DNA of 13,204 nt from Candidatus Thorarchaeota archaeon (GTDB lineage: Archaea > Asgardarchaeota > Thorarchaeia > Thorarchaeales > Thorarchaeaceae): NCBI GenBank assembly GCA_016840855.1, contig JAEORO010000136.1:1-13204 (forward strand). The letters are read 5' to 3'. The translations under genes were made by a program, and so were the position numbers. The notes under the pieces were generated by a model. The model saw only the letters and a program-made list of their open reading frames with translations. It had not been told where the DNA came from and did no database searches. Of the stretch, positions 9,927-13,204 are shown piece after piece. Within the stretch, counting starts at the first letter, position 1. Every line of letters starts with the position of its first letter.

Positions 9927-12900
9927 CTAAATCATCTCCTTCAATCGTAGCCTTGTGGCTAGACCGAGTGACATCATTTCTTGTATCAAAAGTTTGAATG
10001 CATATGACACGACCACGCTACTGATTTTGGCGTTGGTCCCGCATATCGGACAATAGTATTGGTCCTTATTACGGTCATAGACGCCAATCAGACCACAATC
10101 CTCACAGACAAGCATGTTGCTCTTGTCAGACTCGTCTAGTAATCGACCTTTCAAGAGAATGGCAGCGCCATGCCCTATTAATACATCACGCTCCATCTCT
10201 CCAAACCTTAAACCTCCTTCTCGAGCTCGACCCTCAGTAGGTTGACGTGTCAATATTTGTACAGGTCCTCTAGCTCGAGCATGGATTTTGTCAGCGACCA
10301 TGTGGTGAAGTTTCTGGTAGAAGATGACTCCCATGAATATATCAACCTTAAGACGCTCTCCTGTGATTCCAGAATACATTGTTTCACGGCCATTATGCTT
10401 TAGACCATGTTTCTTGAGGGTTTCAAAGAGCTCCTCCTCAGTAACGCCACAGAATGGAGAAGCATCTTGCTGTTTGCCTATCATACAGGCTGCTTTACCA
10501 GCAATCATCTCTAGAATCTGACCAATGGTCATTCTGCTTGGGATAGCATGTGGGTTGATTAGGAGATCTGGAACCACTCCATCCTCTGTGAATGGGAGGT
10601 CCTGTTGAGGTACTATATATCCGATGACACCTTTCTGCCCATGACGGGATGCATATTTGTCACCCAGTTCGGGGATTCTAAGGTCTCTGACTTTTACCTT
10701 GACCAAACGGTTGCCATCAATGGTTTCCGTGAGAATGACGCTGTCAACTACTCCTGCCTCTCCATGACGCACTGCTACAGAGGTTTCTCGACGGTTTGGA
10801 GAAGCAATTTCGAACTCAGAATACTCTTCCAAGAACCGTGGTGGAGACGTTCTGCCAATGAGGACATCGCCTCCCATGACCTCAACTTCAGTTTCAATGA
10901 TGCCATCTTCTCCAAGGTTCCTGTAAGACTCTGAAGCTCTGTATCCTCTGACACTTCGGTCGGGAATTTCAAATCGGTCCTCTTGACCTCCGGGATATTT
11001 TCGCTCTTCGCTTTCATACACTCTTGCAAAAGTACTTCGACCCAAGCCTCTCTCAATTGATGCTTTGTTCATAATGAGAGCATCTTCAATGTTATAACCT
11101 TCAAAAGAAAGAATTGCTACAATGAAGTTTTGTCCAGCTGGGCGATCCTCATACCCAATAGAATCCATTGCTCGAGTCTTCACAAGTGGTACTTGAGGGT
11201 AATGGAAGAAATGTGAACGTGTGTCAGCCCTGTATCTAAAGTTTGAAGCAGGTACACCCACTGATTGCTTTGCCATTCCAGCCATGTACACATTACGAGG
11301 TGACTGGTTTCGCTCAGGGAATGGGATAAGAGCTGCAGAAATGCCCAGAATCGTAGAAGGTACAATCTCAAGATGTGTTGTGTTGGGTCCTATATCGTCT
11401 GGATACATCGCAATCAGCGTGTTCTCTTCCTCCTCCGCATCTATGAATTCGACATTTCCATTACGGAGAAGGTCTAGGAAACCCCACTCTGTTTCAAGTA
11501 TCATTCGTAGATGTTCATCGCTAAGACGACTCTTTCCGTTTTCAACCACAATGACCGGACGTCGTACTCGACCAGCATCACAGTTGACCTGAACTTCATG
11601 AGTATCTTCATAATATGCAATGTTTGTCTGATTATCAATCTCGCCAGCACGACGCTTCTGTCGAATAGTCTTCACTAGGACTTGCGGGGCAGGATGAACA
11701 CCTACAAGGCGACCGTTAAGAAAGACATCTGCCCACTTTGCGCCACGTTCCCCACGAAGTTTCTCACTAGGCTCAATCTCAGCTTTAAGGAGAGCACGTT
11801 CTACAGCTTCTTCATCTGTACCAACTGAGATGTATGCCATCATTGCAATATTCTTCACAAGACCACAGTTTGGTCCTTCTGGCGTTTCGTTGGGGCATAT
11901 CTTACCCCAGTGAGTTGAGTGGAGGTCTCGAGCCTCAAAATGCGGCTGTGAGCGAGAGAGAGGTGAAACAACTCGTCTAAGGTGTGACAGAGATGATATG
12001 TAGTTGGTACGGTCAAGTAACTGTGAAACTCCAGCCTTGCCTCCGACCCAGTTACCTGTAGCGAGTGCATGTTTCAATCTTTGTGTGATTACGTCTGCTC
12101 GTACTGCAGTTCTGATATTGGGTTTACGACCTCGTACAGCGGTGCGCTCCAATTGGTACTTGATGTCACGAGTCAGAGAATATAGAGCAACCCTGAACAG
12201 TGACATCAGTAGGTCTCCAGAGAGCTTCAGTCTCTTGTTCGCATAGTGGTCTTTGTCATCAGGAGCACGTTTGTTAAGCACTAACTCCAAAAGACGTTCA
12301 ACCATCTGGCCTAGGTAGTAAGCTTTCTGAAGACGACTATCCTCTTCTGTGCCAATGTGTGGGAGAAGATAACGATCTAGTACTTTTTCTGCACGAGCAA
12401 GTCGATATTCCTTTGTCTGACCTACAGCAACACGCTTTCCAATGAAATCCAATGCATTCGAGCGAGTAGATTCATCCTCTTCACCAGTTGGAGCATTGAT
12501 TGGAGCTGATTGTTCAATAGTGACAATGAGTTCGTTTCGTATCTCATCATCATCAGAGATGACATCAACAATATCTCTGTCAGATTCAATACCTAGTGCT
12601 TTTAGAAGGATGGCCAAAGGTATCTTGCCGGGCACAGATGGGAATGATACTCTCAGTTCACCAGTCCGTTTCCGCTCAATTGTCACTGGTGCTCTGAAAC
12701 CGCGAGATGTTGAGAAAACCTTTGCAATGTGGGTATAGCTAGAGCTCTTGCTCGCCTCCTCGATGAGGATTCTATTCGGCGCCAAATCCTCTTGTGTAAC
12801 TAGAACTCGCTCTGAGCCATTGATTATGAAATAACCACCAGGGTCCTTTGGATCCTCGCCGTGTTTTATGAGCTCCTCATCTGATAGACCATTTAGATGA

Positions 12901-13204
12901 CATTTTTCACTCCGAAGCATGATTGGGAGGTCTCCGATATAGATCCTCATTGTTTCAAGCCGAGTTGACACGGACCCTTCCTTTCGGACTGGAGTCATGT
13001 CAAGGTGTAATTTGCTTGCATACGTGAGATTCCTAATTCGAGCCTCATTGGGGTAGAGTTTGTGTTCACTCCCATCTGCCTCTCGAATAGAGGGTTCATC
13101 GACATGGATGTCACCTAGCTCTACCACATATCCTTCAATCTTCGGTGTAAGCTTACCAACGCTATCCACAACTTGTTGAAGCTCTTCTCTTATGAACCGA
13201 TTAA
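9927..13204 (-). CDS. rpoB: DNA-directed RNA polymerase subunit B (Rpo2, unsplit), 5'-truncated by the window edge
   Basis: DPGGYFIINGSERV, CPNETPEGPNCGLVKN, GYNIEDA, GDKYASRHGQKG, NPHAIPSRMT, GGLRFGEMERD and a C-terminal CEDC...CPIC zinc site. The frame stays open to the edge (NRFIREELQQVVDSVG), so GTG 13169 is not the true start. Confidence 0.99.
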   Translation of the reverse strand, partial: NRFIREELQQVVDSVGKLTPKIEGYVVELGDIHVDEPSIREADGSEHKLYPNEARIRNLTYASKLHLDMTPVRKEGSVSTRLETMRIYIGDLPIMLRSEKCHLNGLSDEELIKHGEDPKDPGGYFIINGSERVLVTQEDLAPNRILIEEASKSSSYTHIAKVFSTSRGFRAPVTIERKRTGELRVSFPSVPGKIPLAILLKALGIESDRDIVDVISDDDEIRNELIVTIEQSAPINAPTGEEDESTRSNALDFIGKRVAVGQTKEYRLARAEKVLDRYLLPHIGTEEDSRLQKAYYLGQMVERLLELVLNKRAPDDKDHYANKRLKLSGDLLMSLFRVALYSLTRDIKYQLERTAVRGRKPNIRTAVRADVITQRLKHALATGNWVGGKAGVSQLLDRTNYISSLSHLRRVVSPLSRSQPHFEARDLHSTHWGKICPNETPEGPNCGLVKNIAMMAYISVGTDEEAVERALLKAEIEPSEKLRGERGAKWADVFLNGRLVGVHPAPQVLVKTIRQKRRAGEIDNQTNIAYYEDTHEVQVNCDAGRVRRPVIVVENGKSRLSDEHLRMILETEWGFLDLLRNGNVEFIDAEEEENTLIAMYPDDIGPNTTHLEIVPSTILGISAALIPFPERNQSPRNVYMAGMAKQSVGVPASNFRYRADTRSHFFHYPQVPLVKTRAMDSIGYEDRPAGQNFIVAILSFEGYNIEDALIMNKASIERGLGRSTFARVYESEERKYPGGQEDRFEIPDRSVRGYRASESYRNLGEDGIIETEVEVMGGDVLIGRTSPPRFLEEYSEFEIASPNRRETSVAVRHGEAGVVDSVILTETIDGNRLVKVKVRDLRIPELGDKYASRHGQKGVIGYIVPQQDLPFTEDGVVPDLLINPHAIPSRMTIGQILEMIAGKAACMIGKQQDASPFCGVTEEELFETLKKHGLKHNGRETMYSGITGERLKVDIFMGVIFYQKLHHMVADKIHARARGPVQILTRQPTEGRAREGGLRFGEMERDVLIGHGAAILLKGRLLDESDKSNMLVCEDCGLIGVYDRNKDQYYCPICGTNAKISSVVVSYAFKLLIQEMMSLGLATRLRLKEMI

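Overview
Archaeal chromosomal window with every credible gene on the minus strand. It carries the conserved transcription/translation cluster rpoB (single unsplit subunit, 5' end beyond the window) - rpoA1 - rpoA2 - rpl30e - nusA - rps12 - rps7, closed by a hairpin plus T-tract terminator. The 5' part of EF-1alpha (tuf, TTG start, missed by the ORF track) lies at the left edge. About 3.4 kb of accessory DNA separates rps7 from tuf, and there is no EF-2 gene there. This block holds an EamA/DMT transporter, an unannotated small membrane-protein ORF with an in-frame TAG, an AstE/AspA (M14) metallohydrolase lacking the usual Asn-Arg motif, a HemG-like flavodoxin and a tandem SH3 protein. Unsplit RpoB, split RpoA and the absence of EF-2 fit a TACK- or Asgard-type archaeon; Thorarchaeia is a guess only. 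The most notable observations are a histone-H1-like Lys/Thr/Ser/Ala tail on RpoA2, degenerate direct repeats bracketing the flavodoxin-SH3 pair, the amber-interrupted ORF, eRF3/HBS1-like residues in EF-1alpha and structured leaders on rps12 and tuf. No tRNA, rRNA, CRISPR array, transposase or integrase was seen.
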